A program made the position numbers and the translations under genes. From positions 29,388,001 to 29,452,000 of the forward strand of contig OX597820.1 in assembly GCA_951406725.2 (NCBI GenBank): a DNA stretch of 64,000 nt, given 5' to 3'. The first letter of the stretch is position 1; every line of letters begins with the position of its first letter. The DNA is from Octopus vulgaris (Eukaryota). The notes beneath the pieces were generated by a model. The model saw only the letters and a program-made list of their open reading frames with translations, did no database searches and was not told the origin of the DNA. Below, one piece after another: positions 11,461 to 25,264 of this stretch.

Positions 11461-12799
11461 AGTTGATGCTCCCCTCCATACACATGCAAGCATGTATCTG
11501 ACTCATACACTGTTCACTCTCCAGACATTTGTACATTACTGCATATGCTTTATACGTACTTTTGACAAGTTGTGGTGCACCTGAGCACTGGATACAATAA
11601 TTTCATTATTATATATCATTGTAAATTGACTTATCTCTACTCGCCACAAAATTTCAGGCCTTGTGCCTGTAGTAGAAAAAATTGTTGTTGTTATCACTAT
11701 CATTACTTATTTCCCCATTATAGAAATCAATGGCTGTTGCCAGTTAATTAGCAAACTCACTTCTCCCCTCTCCCTTTCTCTTTTTCTCTACAAACATATG
11801 ATGCGTATTATATAAAGAAAAATGAAAACAACAAAAGGAAAAAAAATCTCATCTCTAACAATAGACTAGACTGTTTTTGTTTCTTTGTTGTTGGGGGTTT
11901 TTTTTGTTCTCGTGACATGTTTATTCATTTAGCAGACATGTTTTGTTTGTGTTGAGTTTTTATTTATCTTTGTTCTGTATGTGTTGTTGTTGTTGTTGTT
12001 GCTGTTGATGTTGATCCAAAACAAACTCTTTTATTGACTTAACCTTTTTTGTTGTTGTCGTCGTCATTGCCGCTGTTGTTGTTGTTGCAGTTGTCCTTGT
12101 CTAACAATATGTTTATTTACTCATGCCAAAGTTGATACTTCTCAATGCTTTACAAGTGCTTCGTTGAAGTATTGATGCAAGTCTGTGTGTATTTGCATGT
12201 CTTTGTGTGTGTGTGTGTTGAAAGCTGATTAGAAATATTTGAGATGTATTCCTTAGATGATTGCAGATAATCCCAGAATGGTTTATTATATTCAAGTTTA
12301 TTTGACTTAATTGCATTTATTTAATTCACCCAATTACTATCTAATATCTTAATTGAAAAGGCGGGGGAGGGGAAACCAAAATGTCGATAACCAATAAAAT
12401 GATTGGTTGATGGTATTAAAATGCCAAAAGGCCTAGAAATAGTTGATAATGTTCATTCCAGTTAACCCCTTATTTTTAAAGTCCTTTGGCTCACATTTTT
12501 ACTTGCCCTCATCTCTGTCATCACATCAAGAGGGGTCTCTCTGCTGTCCCTTTTTCTGCTTGAAATATTGATTGAAAAGATTGACTTTTGCTTTTCATCC
12601 TTTGGGGCTCAATAAAATAAGCACTGGGGTCAGCGTAACTGGCTTACCCCTTCTCCCCTAAAATTTCTGGCCTTGTGCCAAAAATAAGGACATATTGAAT
12701 AATATATATACTTGATGCAAAGATGGTGTCATCACAACTGGAATACATTTCATCTAGGATCTGCTCAATTAGGACTAACCTGGGGCTAAACAACAAATT

Positions 12800-12980
12800 C
12801 TTTTATTCGTTTATTTGTTTCAGTAATTTAACTGCAGCCATGCTGGAGCACCCCCTTTAGTCGAACAAATCAACCCCAGGACTTATTCTTTGTAAGCCTA
12901 GTACTTATTCTATCGGTCTCTTTTGCCAAACCACTAAGTTTCAGGGTCGTTGTCAAGCGATGATGGGAGGACAAACATAT
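12800..12980 (-). mobile_element. SINE family A, 3' half
   Basis: ttgtttcagt...catgctggagcac...ccccaggacttattctttgtaagcctagtacttattctatcggtc. Confidence 0.75.
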
Positions 12981-14553
12981 ATGTGTGTGTGTGAGTAAAA
13001 AGAGCTTGTGGTTATAATAACCGACTAAGGGATAAAATATCCGTATATACTATCGGTATCCAGTACCCATGTTATCTCTGGGCATTAGTGTGCAGATACA
13101 CTATACACGTAGAGTGCAGGTAACAACAGGATAAACAAGAGTTTATCAGGAAACAAATATGAATAATCAGAAATTAGGGAAAACCTCAGATCAACAAACA
13201 CATCGTCGGTTGGACCACATTGGGAACAGGTGAGAACTGGCTCCAGAAAAAACACCCAGCCATAGAAAATCTCCCACAGTATACTTTATCCAAACTATGC
13301 AAGCATAGAAAAGTGGATGTTAAAATGAAGATGATTATGACAGTATATAAAACTTTAATCCATTATCATTAGTTCAATAAAATACATTACAATGATTATG
13401 GATTAAATACTTATTCATTCTCTTTGAGCTCTTTATTCTTCTAAGTGACCAGACATAGCTTCTTTGAACTTGCCATTGCACTAGAGTATATACGTACACA
13501 CATACACTCACTCATTATATATAACATATATGTGTGTGTGTATATGTATATATAGGTTTCAGAGAAGAAACAGTATAAATAGGACTCAGTACATTTTATG
13601 ATATAATATTTTATTATTTTTAATCTGCAGAAGTTACTTAGAGTTTTAAGAGGTGAAGGTTTTGTGCATGGCACTTATCAAAATGACTCCAAAGTTTTGA
13701 GATCCTGCTTTTCTTTCATTCTAATAGCTAAATGGGCAGACTGTTTGAAAAAATGTGCATTTTCACATGATCCTCTAATTTTAATTTTTATTTGAACAAT
13801 CCAAAAATATTTATAATTCAATTCAAATTACGATGAACATAAACAAACAAATGCGGTTTGCTTTTAGAAGCTTTGAGATGTCTTAGAAAGTTAAAGAAGT
13901 GATTTTAAATTCTCAAACGCAGGATAATGCTAATAATATAGCCTGAACAGGATAAGCTACCCCTATTTTGCAGAGAAAAGTGTTGGCAGCCAAGCAGGCT
14001 CCCAATTTTAAAGTCAGTTTGATAAATGATTTGATTGAAACTTTTGTGACTTCTGCCTGTTAAGATATTAAAATAATTGTCTATCAATGTACATTTTACA
14101 CACAAATATATGCATATATATAATACACACACATGGTGTTTGCTTTATAACCATATGGTTTCAGTTTCAATCTGAATGTGCAGCACCTTGGGCAAATATC
14201 GTCTACTATAGTCTCAAGCTGATGAATGCCTTGTGAGTGGAACTGGTAAGCAAAAACTGCTTAGAGACCCACCAGAGAGCCCTAACTCTTTTCCAATCTG
14301 AGACACACAGGACTCAATCACATTCAAGAAGCTGACAATTTCCATGTTGATTTGTGCTGCAGCTAGGTCTGTGAGCAAAACATGCCTTTATAGTTTCTGT
14401 GCCAAACTGCAATATTGATGTTGTTAGTGTATTTAAAATAGAAATGAGACAAAATAAAACTTGGCACATGTTAGGTGACATCACATTTCGTCATCTTGCA
14501 TTCATGACCCACTAAATATGTTGTGTTGTGTGTGAAACACTTTTTGATATCCC

Positions 14554-14751
14554 TTTTACTCTTTTACTTGTTTCAGTCATTTGACTGGCCATGCTGGAGC
14601 ACTACTTTTAGTCAAGCAAATCGACCCCAGGACTTATTCTTTGTAAGCTTAGTACTTATTCTATCGGTCTCTTTTGCCAAACCGCTAAGTTGTGGGGACG
14701 TAAACACACCAGCATCGGTTGTCAAGCGATGTTGGGGTGACAAACACACAA

Positions 14752-14786
<35 letters not shown>

Positions 14787-14960
14787 CATATATACGACGG
14801 GTTTCTTTCAGTTTCCGTCTATCAAATCCACTCACAAGGCTTTGGTTGACCCGAGGCTATAGTAGAAGACACTTGCCTAAGGTGCCACGCAGTGGGACTG
14901 AATCCAGAACCATGTGGCTCATAAGCAAGCTACCTACCACACAGCCACTCCTACGCCTAT
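14554..14960 (-). mobile_element. Full-length, little-diverged SINE family A
   Basis: Complete reverse complement from ttttactcttttacttgtttcagtc to cagccactcctacgcc; CpGs retained. Confidence 0.9.
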
Positions 14961-15222
14961 CTTAATAAATATATAAAAAATTATAGAATTTAATTGAAGC
15001 ACAATGGGCATTTTAGTTAGAAATGTATTACTAAAAGGAATGTTGAGGGATTTTAGAAGGATCTGAATCCATCAAACTTTAAATTGATCTGATAATGGTG
15101 AGGGCTCCCAAAATCTCAGGTGAAATTTCTTTTAAAGAAAGGGTCTACTAAAATTGCAGTTCATCTTATAAATTGTCAAATACTACACACACATATTCTT
15201 ACTATATCCTTTTCTATTTTAA

Positions 15223-15385
15223 CCCTTTAGCATTTAAACTGACCATGTCTGACAAAAATATTCTACTTGTCATGTTCAATGCAGCATATCTGAACTCTCA
15301 AAGCTACAAGATAATACATAATTAATTGAAAAAAATGTAAATAAATAAACACCACATTTGACAGAGTAATCTGAATGCTAAAGGG
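15223..15385. mobile_element. piggyBac-like (TTAA) MITE
   Basis: ttaa|ccctttagcatt ... aatgctaaaggg TIRs. Confidence 0.7.
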
Positions 15386-15908
15386 TCAGTCTATTCTCAA
15401 CAGTCTAATACTTTAGTAACAATTATCACATGAATTAGCCATTTACAGATGCTACCAGTGGCTGTGGAATTATGGTGAGCTCGTTTACAAGCTCTATTTA
15501 ATTGACATTAGCATCTATGGAATATAAACCAAGTAACACACTATCTGTTAATTTTTTTCCTTTTCCTTTTTTTTTACAAAACCACACCAACCTTGTTCAT
15601 AGAATATCTGCATTTAATTTAGAATACCTCATCATGATCATATTCTTTTAATATCAGTTTTCCATGCTGGCATGGATTGGACAGTTTGGTAGGAACCAAC
15701 CAACCAGAGGGACTGCACAGAGCTCCAGTGTTAGTGTTGGCATGATTTCTTTGACTGGGTGCCCTTTTTAACACCAACCACTTAACAGAATGTACTTGGT
15801 GCTTTTTTTGTGTGTGTGTGGTGGTGAGTGGGGGTGGGGTACTAGCAGTAGTGAAACCATCAAGTAACTTTTATGACAAGAGCCTGCTCAACTGAGAGGT
15901 GGGTAATA

Positions 15909-15955
15909 CAGTTCTATATTTAAGAGATGAGGAATTATGTACATTATTTACATTT
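15909..15955. mobile_element. Terminal fragment of the hammerhead/tRNA-head element seen at 32960-33253
   Basis: cagttctatatttaagagatgaggaattat is the reverse complement of 33224-33253. Confidence 0.7.
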
Positions 15956-16384
15956 ACTATGACCCCAGTAAGCTTCATTAGTATGTTAAAAACTCTGCTT
16001 CCCAGTGACATGGTTTGGGGTTCAGTCTTTGTGCTTGGTTTTTTGAGCAAGTGTTCTCTGCAATAGTGCCAGGCAAACCAAACTCTTGTGAATTGATTTG
16101 GTTGGCAGAAACTGAATGGGCCCTGCTCTGCATGTGTATATGTGTATTTCTATATTTATCTATATGCACACCTACATCTATACAGCAGGTTTCTTTCAGT
16201 TTCTCTCTATCAAATCCACTCAGCACACTTTGGTCAGCCAGTGGCTACAGCACAAGACAATTGCCCAAGGTGGCATGCAGTGGGACTGAAACCCAAAATC
16301 CATGTTCTTAATCACAGAAAATTAGACGAAATGTTTATGTAAGAGATAACAGGTCACAAAAATGTGACAACACAGAAACAGTCC

Positions 16385-16585
16385 AACCAGTGGGAGACCC
16401 AGTGGGAGACCCAGTGGTAGACCACAAACAAGATGGTTGGATAATATCCATGAGTTCCATTGGTCTCGCTTGGAAATCTAACAGGATCAATTGGGGACAG
16501 TTGCTTCTGACAGGACCTGATGGAGGACTGCCCCTTGCCCCCATGATCCTCTCAAGAATAAGTGGGTAAAGAAGATGAGATGAAG
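16385..16585 (+). mobile_element. RTE LINE ORF C-terminal remnant
   Basis: Translates RPVGRPVGRPQTRWLDNIHE...ASDRT*WR; 12-bp triplication at its start. Confidence 0.6.
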
Positions 16586-17101
16586 TTCAAGATGTCAAAG
16601 TTTCACAATAAAAGAAAAAAATGTGCATGAAGGGAGTTCATGCTATTCAACATGTTTTTTATCATGAACACCCTCTATTTCTGATGTTTGTAAACTAGAA
16701 ATAGAATCTTATACATGTCATGTGGGATTATGAGTTGTTGTTGTTGTTGTTTAATCTGAGGTCAGGACTGATGCAACAGCAGACATATGATCTAAGTGAT
16801 TGGTGGTTCCAACTATGACCATCTATTTTGGGGAATTCCAACCACCCACCCTCTCTCCCTCACTCTCTCTCTCTCTCTCAAATTATATTTATGCAATGTC
16901 CTTTTAAAATGGTAGAATGTGGTTTGGGGGTGATTTGGCTGTTATTATTTGTAGAAGTTTTTAGTGATCGCATACAGGCTTTCTTATTGTTGGTTGAATG
17001 GGTTTTTTTCTGTCTTATACATGTTCAAAACTTGAATAAGACGAAGTAAGGCATTAACACATGGCAAGACCCAACATCTTAATTTCGCAACCTTTGTGCT
17101 T

Positions 17102-17384
17102 GGTGAAGGCACATGGCCTAGTGGTTACAGCAGCGGACTTGCAGTTTTGAATCTCAAACTGGGCGATATGTGTGTTTATGAGTAAAAACACCTAAGCTCC
17201 ACGTGGTTCTGGCAGAAGGTAATGGCGAACGTCTGCTGACGCTTTCACCACAACTTTCTCTCACTCTTTCCTTCTGCATCTTGCAGCTCACCTGCAACAG
17301 ACCGGCGTCACATCCAGGTGGGGAACCCATACGCCAAGGAAACCAGGAAACCGGCCCTTATGAGCCAGGCATGGATCGTGAAGG
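17102..17384 (+). mobile_element. tRNA-derived SINE with V-domain-like block, 13-bp TSD
   Basis: A-box tggcctagtggtt; ctgcaacagaccggcgtcacatccagg; TSD aacctttgtgctt at 17089-17101 and 17385-17397. Confidence 0.8.
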
Positions 17385-19129
17385 AACCTTTGTGCTTCGT
17401 ATATATGACTTCTTAGCAACAAATTTTATAATAACTACAAGCCAAACATTTAGCTATTAGGATTATTATAAAGAAATATACAGACAGGAAACTATTGACT
17501 TTTTGCTGACATAATTTTACTATTTCAATGGTTATAAATGTAAGCAATTATAGGTGTTCTCAGCAAATGTGATTTTTAAAGAATAATGCGGCTTACAATT
17601 GGGCTGGTTAATTATATCTAGTAACTATAACTAATGTTACTGTCAATTGTTTTTCTGGAAATAGTTGAACAGCTTGTGTTGTGTCTGTGCACAGCTGTTG
17701 CTTTAGCCTTCAGTTTACAACCAACAAAAGACTGAAAAGCGATCCTTAGTCAAACTGTGTTTAATTTATCTAATTCGCTTTGTTTATTATTACAAATGCT
17801 AGACTGTTCACTTTCGCTTCTTTGAAACATTTTAAAGTTCTATTTACACATCTTATTCTCATATTAATAACGATGCAACTGAAGCTGCAGCAATTAGTTT
17901 CACAATTTACTGAAAATTAAGTAAATCCCAGAATGAACAGTGCCACACCTAACTGAAATCAGAAACCATTGGGTCGTGTTGGATGACAAGCGGAACGATA
18001 CTAAGTCTGTGTTGTTTAACCTCAAATCACCTTTGATCAAGTGGAACTACGATCACTGCTGTTTCAGCTGTGACCATCCTGTGCATTCATCCACCATTTT
18101 CAAGACTACTATGTGAGTTGTGCAAGATTTTTGGCTTGTTATTTCTAGCAAAACATGCAACCACGTAGCGTGGCATATCCTTCTTTAGTTCATATCATTC
18201 AGTTGTTATACAATGGTAGGAAGCATTATTCTGCACTAAATCATATCTATACACCCAGTGTAATTGTTGCTATAGGTGATGGAAATTTATCAATATTATA
18301 AAGCACTAAATTACTTAACTCTCCTTAGATGCCACACTCTACATTAATAAGTCTTTGGCTGGACAACTGGAAACAACACTCTGCATCCTTACTGCATTTA
18401 GTTATGCGTTATACCATACAGAAGAGTTGTAGCGGGGAATGAACTCTCACTATTATTAGGACAACGTTTTGTGATTGGGGAAAAGAAAAAGGAAATTTGT
18501 TTTTTGTTATAAAGATATTTGAAATCTAAAATATTTTTCACTGTTGAAGTAGAGGGTTTTTGTATATTGTTTACAAAATTTTTCAAACTTTGAAAGATAT
18601 TCTAGGAAAATTCTTTACGAGCACAGTATCTCAGCAACCTTTAACATCGTTCAGTGAGTTAAAAATTTTTACACCTATGTTCTACTCTGTAATGTAAATG
18701 GCAGAAACTATGTAGTATAGAGTGGCTCAGCTATAGAGTTCATACACATCTTTATTACAGTGGTTGCTCGAATTAAACACACTTTCATTTTTTAAAAATG
18801 CTTTCACATGTATCATAGTGAAGTGGACGTACGAAAATTTTGGAAGTTGTCATGTTGGAGTACCCAGTCACGTTGGAACTTGTAACATAACTTTATTTCT
18901 TCATGGATTTTCTAAAAACATTTATTTATTGTGTATTGATCATTTTCACTGTCAGTATGATGGGAGTATATATTTTACAATTAGGTAAGGACATGCAATT
19001 TTCATTTACTTCTAAAACACAATTGTACAGCATTCATTTCACTTGCTACAGACATAACATATCACTAACAAATGCACTGTTTATTTTCTGAACTTTCATT
19101 CAGTTATATATAGAACTTTCATTCTATAA

Positions 19130-19450
19130 TCTATTATATAAAATCCATTCTGTTTGTCTGTGTGTGTGTCTTCTAGGATCTCGGGCATCCTCCATCCAAT
19201 TGCACTCAAATTTGATATGTAGATACCGATGGTATCAGGGCATGTATAAGTCTTGAAAAAATTACAAAAATCGATTCCAGGTGAGAATGCAATCGATAAA
19301 GCAGTGGGAACATGCATTTGTACGTGCAAGTACACCAGCTGTTGCGTTCGATACTACATGTACGCGAGAAAAATGCACGTGCAGTTTGCGCAAAATAAGC
19401 CGGCTGGCTTGAAATAATGCCACAAAATGCAGTATATTTAAGAGACCAAA
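19130..19450 (+). mobile_element. Helitron-like 5' portion
   Basis: a|TCTATTATATAAAA start, then tctgtttgtctgtgtg and ctcaaatttgatatg motifs; 3' end not located. Confidence 0.55.
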
Positions 19451-22400
19451 AAATTAAGATGCAAAAGAGATATTTTCTTCAAATTTGGCATGAAGGAAGG
19501 AAAGACTATTTGGTTTCTCAAGAAGTTTGGGGTTTTTTGCCTTAACTTCATTTAACAAAACCAAAAGTTTTATTGAAATAAAGGCATGCTTAATTATTTT
19601 TTAATGAAAAGAAAACACTGATTGCTTTTTATTCAGCAGATATGATTCAGCACCTTCCATTAGACAGGGGGAGGGGCGTTTTGCTCGTTTGATATATGTG
19701 CAGGAGTTCATTCATAATTAGCCACAATAAACAAAGTGATATCAAAGTCTCATGTGGCTGTAGATATTAGCAAAAGAAAAACCTTAGGAGAAAAAAATTA
19801 TTGTTTTATTATATCCATTAACAGTTAAGGATATCAAAAGAAGTGACATTGAAACAATAGGAAGGTTGGAAGTGTTACATCATGCTGAGTGAGATATCGT
19901 GATGGCTATTGGTATAAAAATAGTTGTTATGGTCAACCTGTGAAGTTTGTCATATCATCATCATCATCATTCACTTTTCCATGCTTGCATGGGTTAGATG
20001 AAATTTGTCAGGGCAAGATTTTATGGATCTGATGGGGATTTGGCCGCTGTTCCCTGTAGGTAAAATGACCGCGCAGAGTCTCTCTCATAGGCTCATTCTG
20101 TTACTGGGTTTTGAATAAACTTTGAAAGCTATTGTTGTGGCTTTAAACTATTATTTTGCTATTATCCTTCAGTGTCATAAATAGAGATCATAAAACCATT
20201 CTCCTTGGTGAGGTGATAGCCATGTCTCATTCAACATATAAAAAGATAGTTTCACAATCTGTTCTTAATGGAATTACAGCCTTCCTAGATGGATCAGTTG
20301 ACCACATGTGCCCAGACATTTCTCTGTGGAATGGTTTTTATGGCTGGATGTCCTTCTTTATGCCATCACTTTACAGAGTGTACTAGATACATTTTATTGC
20401 ATTATCAGTGCTAGAGAGGACTACTACAAATTTGACAAGACTTAGCAAACCCCTCGACTATGTATCACCATTCTCTCATCGTTCACTTCACAGGGTATTC
20501 TGAGAGGAATTATAGTGGCACCAATACATGTGGAGATTGTCTCATACCTCATAAGTTCAGAGTCATTGCCTGCTGAGGAGCTGAATAGATGAAAACAGTA
20601 GTGATAGAAGAACCAGGGTGGGTGGGAGAGGAGACTAAGAGTGTGTTGGTAGAAGCAGATTGATTGGAATGAGAAGGAGGTGGAGGGAGTGAGAGAGAGA
20701 GAAAGAGATAGTAAGACATGGATAAATGATGAATAAATGATTGACTTTTCTACCAAATGGCCCAGGAAGAGAGCAAGGATGTACAGAAGTGATAATGATA
20801 GAGCAGATAAATGGTGAATGAGCAGACCTGTGATCTTGTGCCTTACCATCTCCAGTCTAAGACAGTGTACCACTAAAACCCTTAAAGTTACTATTAATGT
20901 TAGGCTTCACAATCTCTATATCTTCCCTATATACATAGCATAACAAGCAAAAAATGTCTCTCAAAGACTAGCTTTCCTCTTCAGGGCCAGAGAATATTTC
21001 AGCATTGAGCAGCTGTTGATTCTCTTTATAGAGCTTAAGTAAGACCAATAATGGAGTTTGACCCTCACATCTGAAAAAATTCCCCTGTTGCATATACAGT
21101 AATATACTAGTTATCATCTAAAAGAGTGAAATACCATGAGGTACTTTCACTCATACACATGCACAAAAGACAGGTTTCCACTGACAAATGTTCAATAATT
21201 GTCCAAACAACAATAAAGCAAGGTTTTAGAAAACTCTTTAGCCTTACTGATGGCAAGGTAACCTCTACAGTGTAGGTGCCATGTAAAATGTATCCAGTAT
21301 TCTGTAAAGTGGTTGGTGTTAGAAAGCACTTACAGCCATAAAAACCATGGCAAAAAATGAGACCTAGGGAGAAGGTATGGTTCCCCCAACCCATTGAATT
21401 CTTTCCAGCCCTCCAACCCATGCCAGTATGGAGAGTAGACATAGAGTGATTATTATGATGATGAAGGTTTTGTTTGACTCAAAGCTATTTAGAAGACACT
21501 TAATTACCATGCCATGCAATCAACTTGGAACCGTGTGATTCTGAAGCAAACTTCTCAACCACATAGCCATAACTGCTTTCTTTCTGTTCACATTTAACAA
21601 TGGTGCTGAAAGCAATAATTTGTCATAGATGAAGGTTGGAGAAGTAAGAATAATTTGTTTCTCACTCCTCTCCCTGCTACTAGTCAGTCAACAACAAAAA
21701 GTGTTCATTTTCTTGTGAAAACTCAGTTATATGGTATACTTGTCAGAAGTCTGTTAAAATTGATAATAAAAATATTAAAAAATGTTGATATAGTAAAGGA
21801 GGCAAAAGATGTTATTAAAAATTTTCCTGAAGCTTAATTTTAAAATTACTGAATTTTACAGTTTGTTTGTTTTGTTGGTATTGTTTATTGCTTGTTTGTT
21901 TTCCTAATTTGCAATGCATTTTTTAAAATTCATACATATAGCTAACTCATCAACTATCTTAAATGTTTAATCTTATGTTTATATTTATATATTTTATGCA
22001 ATATATCATTTGATAAACTTGGCTGTGTGTGTTGTGTGTGCATGTGTGTGTGTGTGTTTTCATAGTTAAATAGTAATTTTAACAAGATATATACACTTTA
22101 TTGTGATGTCACCCTCAAGACTCAAGATAAAACTGATGATGCAGAAGCAGTTCGCTGTTGGGGGGTCTTATTGATGTTGTTTAGATCTGGAGAAACTTTT
22201 TTTTCAAAGTGTCATTCCTGCCATGACCATTCTGGAAGATTTCTTATTCTCAGATTTGACATTGTTGTATCTGGGACCATGTCAGCCTACAAGCTTTCCT
22301 TCTCTTTCCTTTTCTTTTCTTTTTTTTTTTTTGTAAGGTACGATTTAGAAGAGATTTGCTTGATTCTATTCCATATCCTATAGTCTTGCTAAGGATTGCT

Positions 22401-22509
22401 ATCAATCCTATAGTCTTGCTAAGGATTGCTATCATTCTCCTCCTCTTGATGCTACACTGTATGTCATCTAGTAGAAAAACAAAATAGCCTGGCTTTCCTT
22501 CAGTTTCGA

Positions 22510-23010
22510 GGATAAATGTTCCAGCTGATATGGTCAACAGAACAGCCTGCTTGTTAAATTAACATGCAAGTGGCTGAACATTCTACCGACATGCATACCT
22601 ATTTCTTTATTACCCACAAGGGGCTAAACATAGAGGGGACAAACAAGGACAGACATAGGTATTAAGTCGATTACATCGACCCCAGTGTGTAACTGGTACT
22701 TAATTTGTCGACCCCGAAAGGATGAAAGGCAAAGTCCACCTCTGCGGAATTTAAACTCACAACGTAACGACAGACGAAATACGGCTATGCATTTCGCCCG
22801 GCGTGCTAACGTTTCTGCCAGCTAGCCGCCTTGCATACCCTTAATGTAATTCTCAGGGAGATTCAGCATGACAGCAGTCTGTGACAAGACTGTCCCTTTG
22901 AATTACAAGTACAACTCAATTTTGTCACCTAAGTGAACTGGGGCAATGTGAAATAAAATGTCTTGCTCAAGGACACAACACACTTCTGGGAATCAAATTC
23001 ACAACCTCAT
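22510..23010 (-). mobile_element. Older tRNA-SINE with Deu/Nin-like domain, interrupted by SINE B
   Basis: gtggctgaacattc...acccttaatgtaattctc and tcttgctcaaggacacaac blocks. Confidence 0.55.
22600..22831 (-). mobile_element. Young SINE family B (long-tail subfamily) with 8-bp TSD
   Basis: Meta-domain cgaccccgaaaggatgaaaggc; TSD tgcatacc at 22592-22599 and 22832-22839. Confidence 0.85.
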
Positions 23011-23212
23011 TCTCTTACTTGTTTCAGTCATTTGACTGCGACCATACTGGAGCAGCACCTTTAGTTGAGCAAATCAACTCCAGAACTTATTCTTTGTAAG
23101 CCTAGTACTTATTCTATCAGTGTCTTTTGCCGAACCGCTAAGTTACGGAGATGTAAACACACCAGCATCGGTTATCAAGAGATGTTGTGGGGACAAACAC
23201 AAACACACACAT

Positions 23213-23245
<33 letters not shown>

Positions 23246-23410
23246 CAACGGCTTCTTTCAGTTTCCATCTACCAAACAAATCCACTCACAAGGCTTTGGT
23301 CAGCCCATTGCTATAGTATAAGACACTTGCCCAAGGTGCCACACAGTGGGACTGAACCCAGAACCATGTGGTTGGTAAGCAAGCTACTTACCACACAACC
23401 ACTCCTGCAC
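23010..23410 (-). mobile_element. Full-length SINE family A
   Basis: Matches 14554-14960 end to end. Confidence 0.85.
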
Positions 23411-24093
23411 CTTATGATCAAGAGCCAAATATCCTTTCCACAAAATAGCAGCTCTATAAATAAAATTAAATGCAGATATCAGAACATTTTTAGACCCATC
23501 TAAAATCTGAGAACATTGGGAAAAAGAATGAGGGGAAATATTTGGAGCAAACTATTACAAATATTAATCCATTGGTTGATCGATTGTTCTAAAGGTTCAA
23601 ACAATGTTTTGCTTTTGTTTTTACTCAAATTCTAAACACATGTTCTTTGATGGAAAAAGAGAAGTCTGTGTTGGGGAGTTTTTAATTTATTAATGAAATA
23701 GAATATTCAATAGATATGTTTTGCATAAATGATAATTTGTGTAAACAATCAGAAAATGAAGAGCAAAGCAAAAATAATAAGAAACATGAAATGGGATGGG
23801 GCGGTTGGTTTTGGGTTGGGGTTTTTTTGGTGGTTAGGGGGAAACATCACATTGGAGAATTTTCTTTGTTGATATATTGCTCTGGCAGAGAAAAGTTCTC
23901 TTAACCCCTTACCTGGCAAACACGAGTTAAACTTGTCTTCACTCAATTTGTCTTTTTCAGAGTGCAATGAGTAAACTCGTCCAAAACATATAATTTCAAA
24001 AATAGCCACAGATGAGTTTATACGTCAATTCTCAGCATTTCTCAGTTTTTTTCCTTTTTTTTTTTTTTTTTTTTTTTCACAACCTATTCCCAG

Positions 24094-24258
24094 GTGTTGA
24101 CCTCAGAAGATGACAATGAGTATGAACATTCTATTAGAAGTGTGGATACATCAGATGAGAGTGCAAGCTTGTCTGATAAAAAAAAATCATTTGAAAATGA
24201 AACATTTTCTCTAAAAGAAGTTGCCGAGGAAGGGGCTGATACACATTGTAGAGTTTAA
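24094..24258 (+). CDS. Candidate terminal coding exon, acidic 54 aa (VLTSEDDNEYEHS...ADTHCRV*)
   Basis: Long poly-T tract then cccag acceptor; phase-0 frame open to TAA; D/E/S-rich; non-repetitive sequence. Confidence 0.4.
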   Translation: MLTSEDDNEYEHSIRSVDTSDESASLSDKKKSFENETFSLKEVAEEGADTHCRV

Positions 24259-25264
24259 TCCCTATTTTTTAAACTTACTATTAGGGATCAATAGTAAACA
24301 TGATTTTTGAGTGTTAAATATATAACATCTAGCATTGTGAACTGCCCGTGCTAGAAATAACGAGTAAGTTTCCCTCAAATCATATCCTATTGTCTTAAAA
24401 AAGAGAAACACATTGGACACTGTCTTCTTCTGTGATATACAAAATGATGGGATGGTCAAGGATGGAACACATTTTACCATAGATCAGCTCAATCAAGACT
24501 ACTATGATTGGTTTCTTCATTTTTGTAGTTTTGTTTCAGCTTCACAGAGAAGGATATTCTTTACACACACACTGAAGAAAGCAAGTCTTGTTGACTTTGA
24601 CCCTTTTGATACCAAACTATCTGAAACTACTCATTGTTTTATAACACAAACTTCCTGGTTTAAAGTGTTCAAAATTAAAACCTACAATCAAAATTCCATG
24701 TTAATTTCTATTCCAAACAAAGACAGCAAACGGACAGAATCACTAGCATGCCAGGCAAAATTCTTAGCAGCCTTTTGTAGGTCTCCATGTTCTAAGTTCA
24801 AATTCCACCAAAGTTGACTTTACCATTCATCTTTTCGGGGTTAATAAAATAAGTACCAGCTGAGTATTGGTGTCGATGTAATCCACTTACCCCATCTCCC
24901 AAAAGTTGACTTTGTGCCAAAATTTTAAACCAATTTATAATCCAAGCAGCATCTTAATATTGACAAAATTACTTTAATAAACTCTTCATTTTCAAAATTG
25001 ATTAAGACACAAATATGGTAACAAAAATAATTAGTTGCTAGTTGTTTGAGAACTTGTTATAAGCATTCCAGGCTTGTCACTTGCATGTCAAGCCCCAAGA
25101 TAGGACCCAATCTACTTAAAGTGACTGACTTCCTTGAGTTGTGTACCATCTTTGAAACAATTTGGCTGGTGGTTTTTTATCATGTACTAGTCTTCTTTTC
25201 ATTGGGAGACAGACTGACTTTGATAGCAGCATTCTCGGGTGAGGTTAACCTGGACTATAGAGAA

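Noticed and set aside
24413-24817. 134-aa ORF containing VKDGT, reminiscent of ArfGAP1 VKEG
   Set aside because: It runs through dispersed repeat, MITE and SINE sequence with no splice signals; coincidental.
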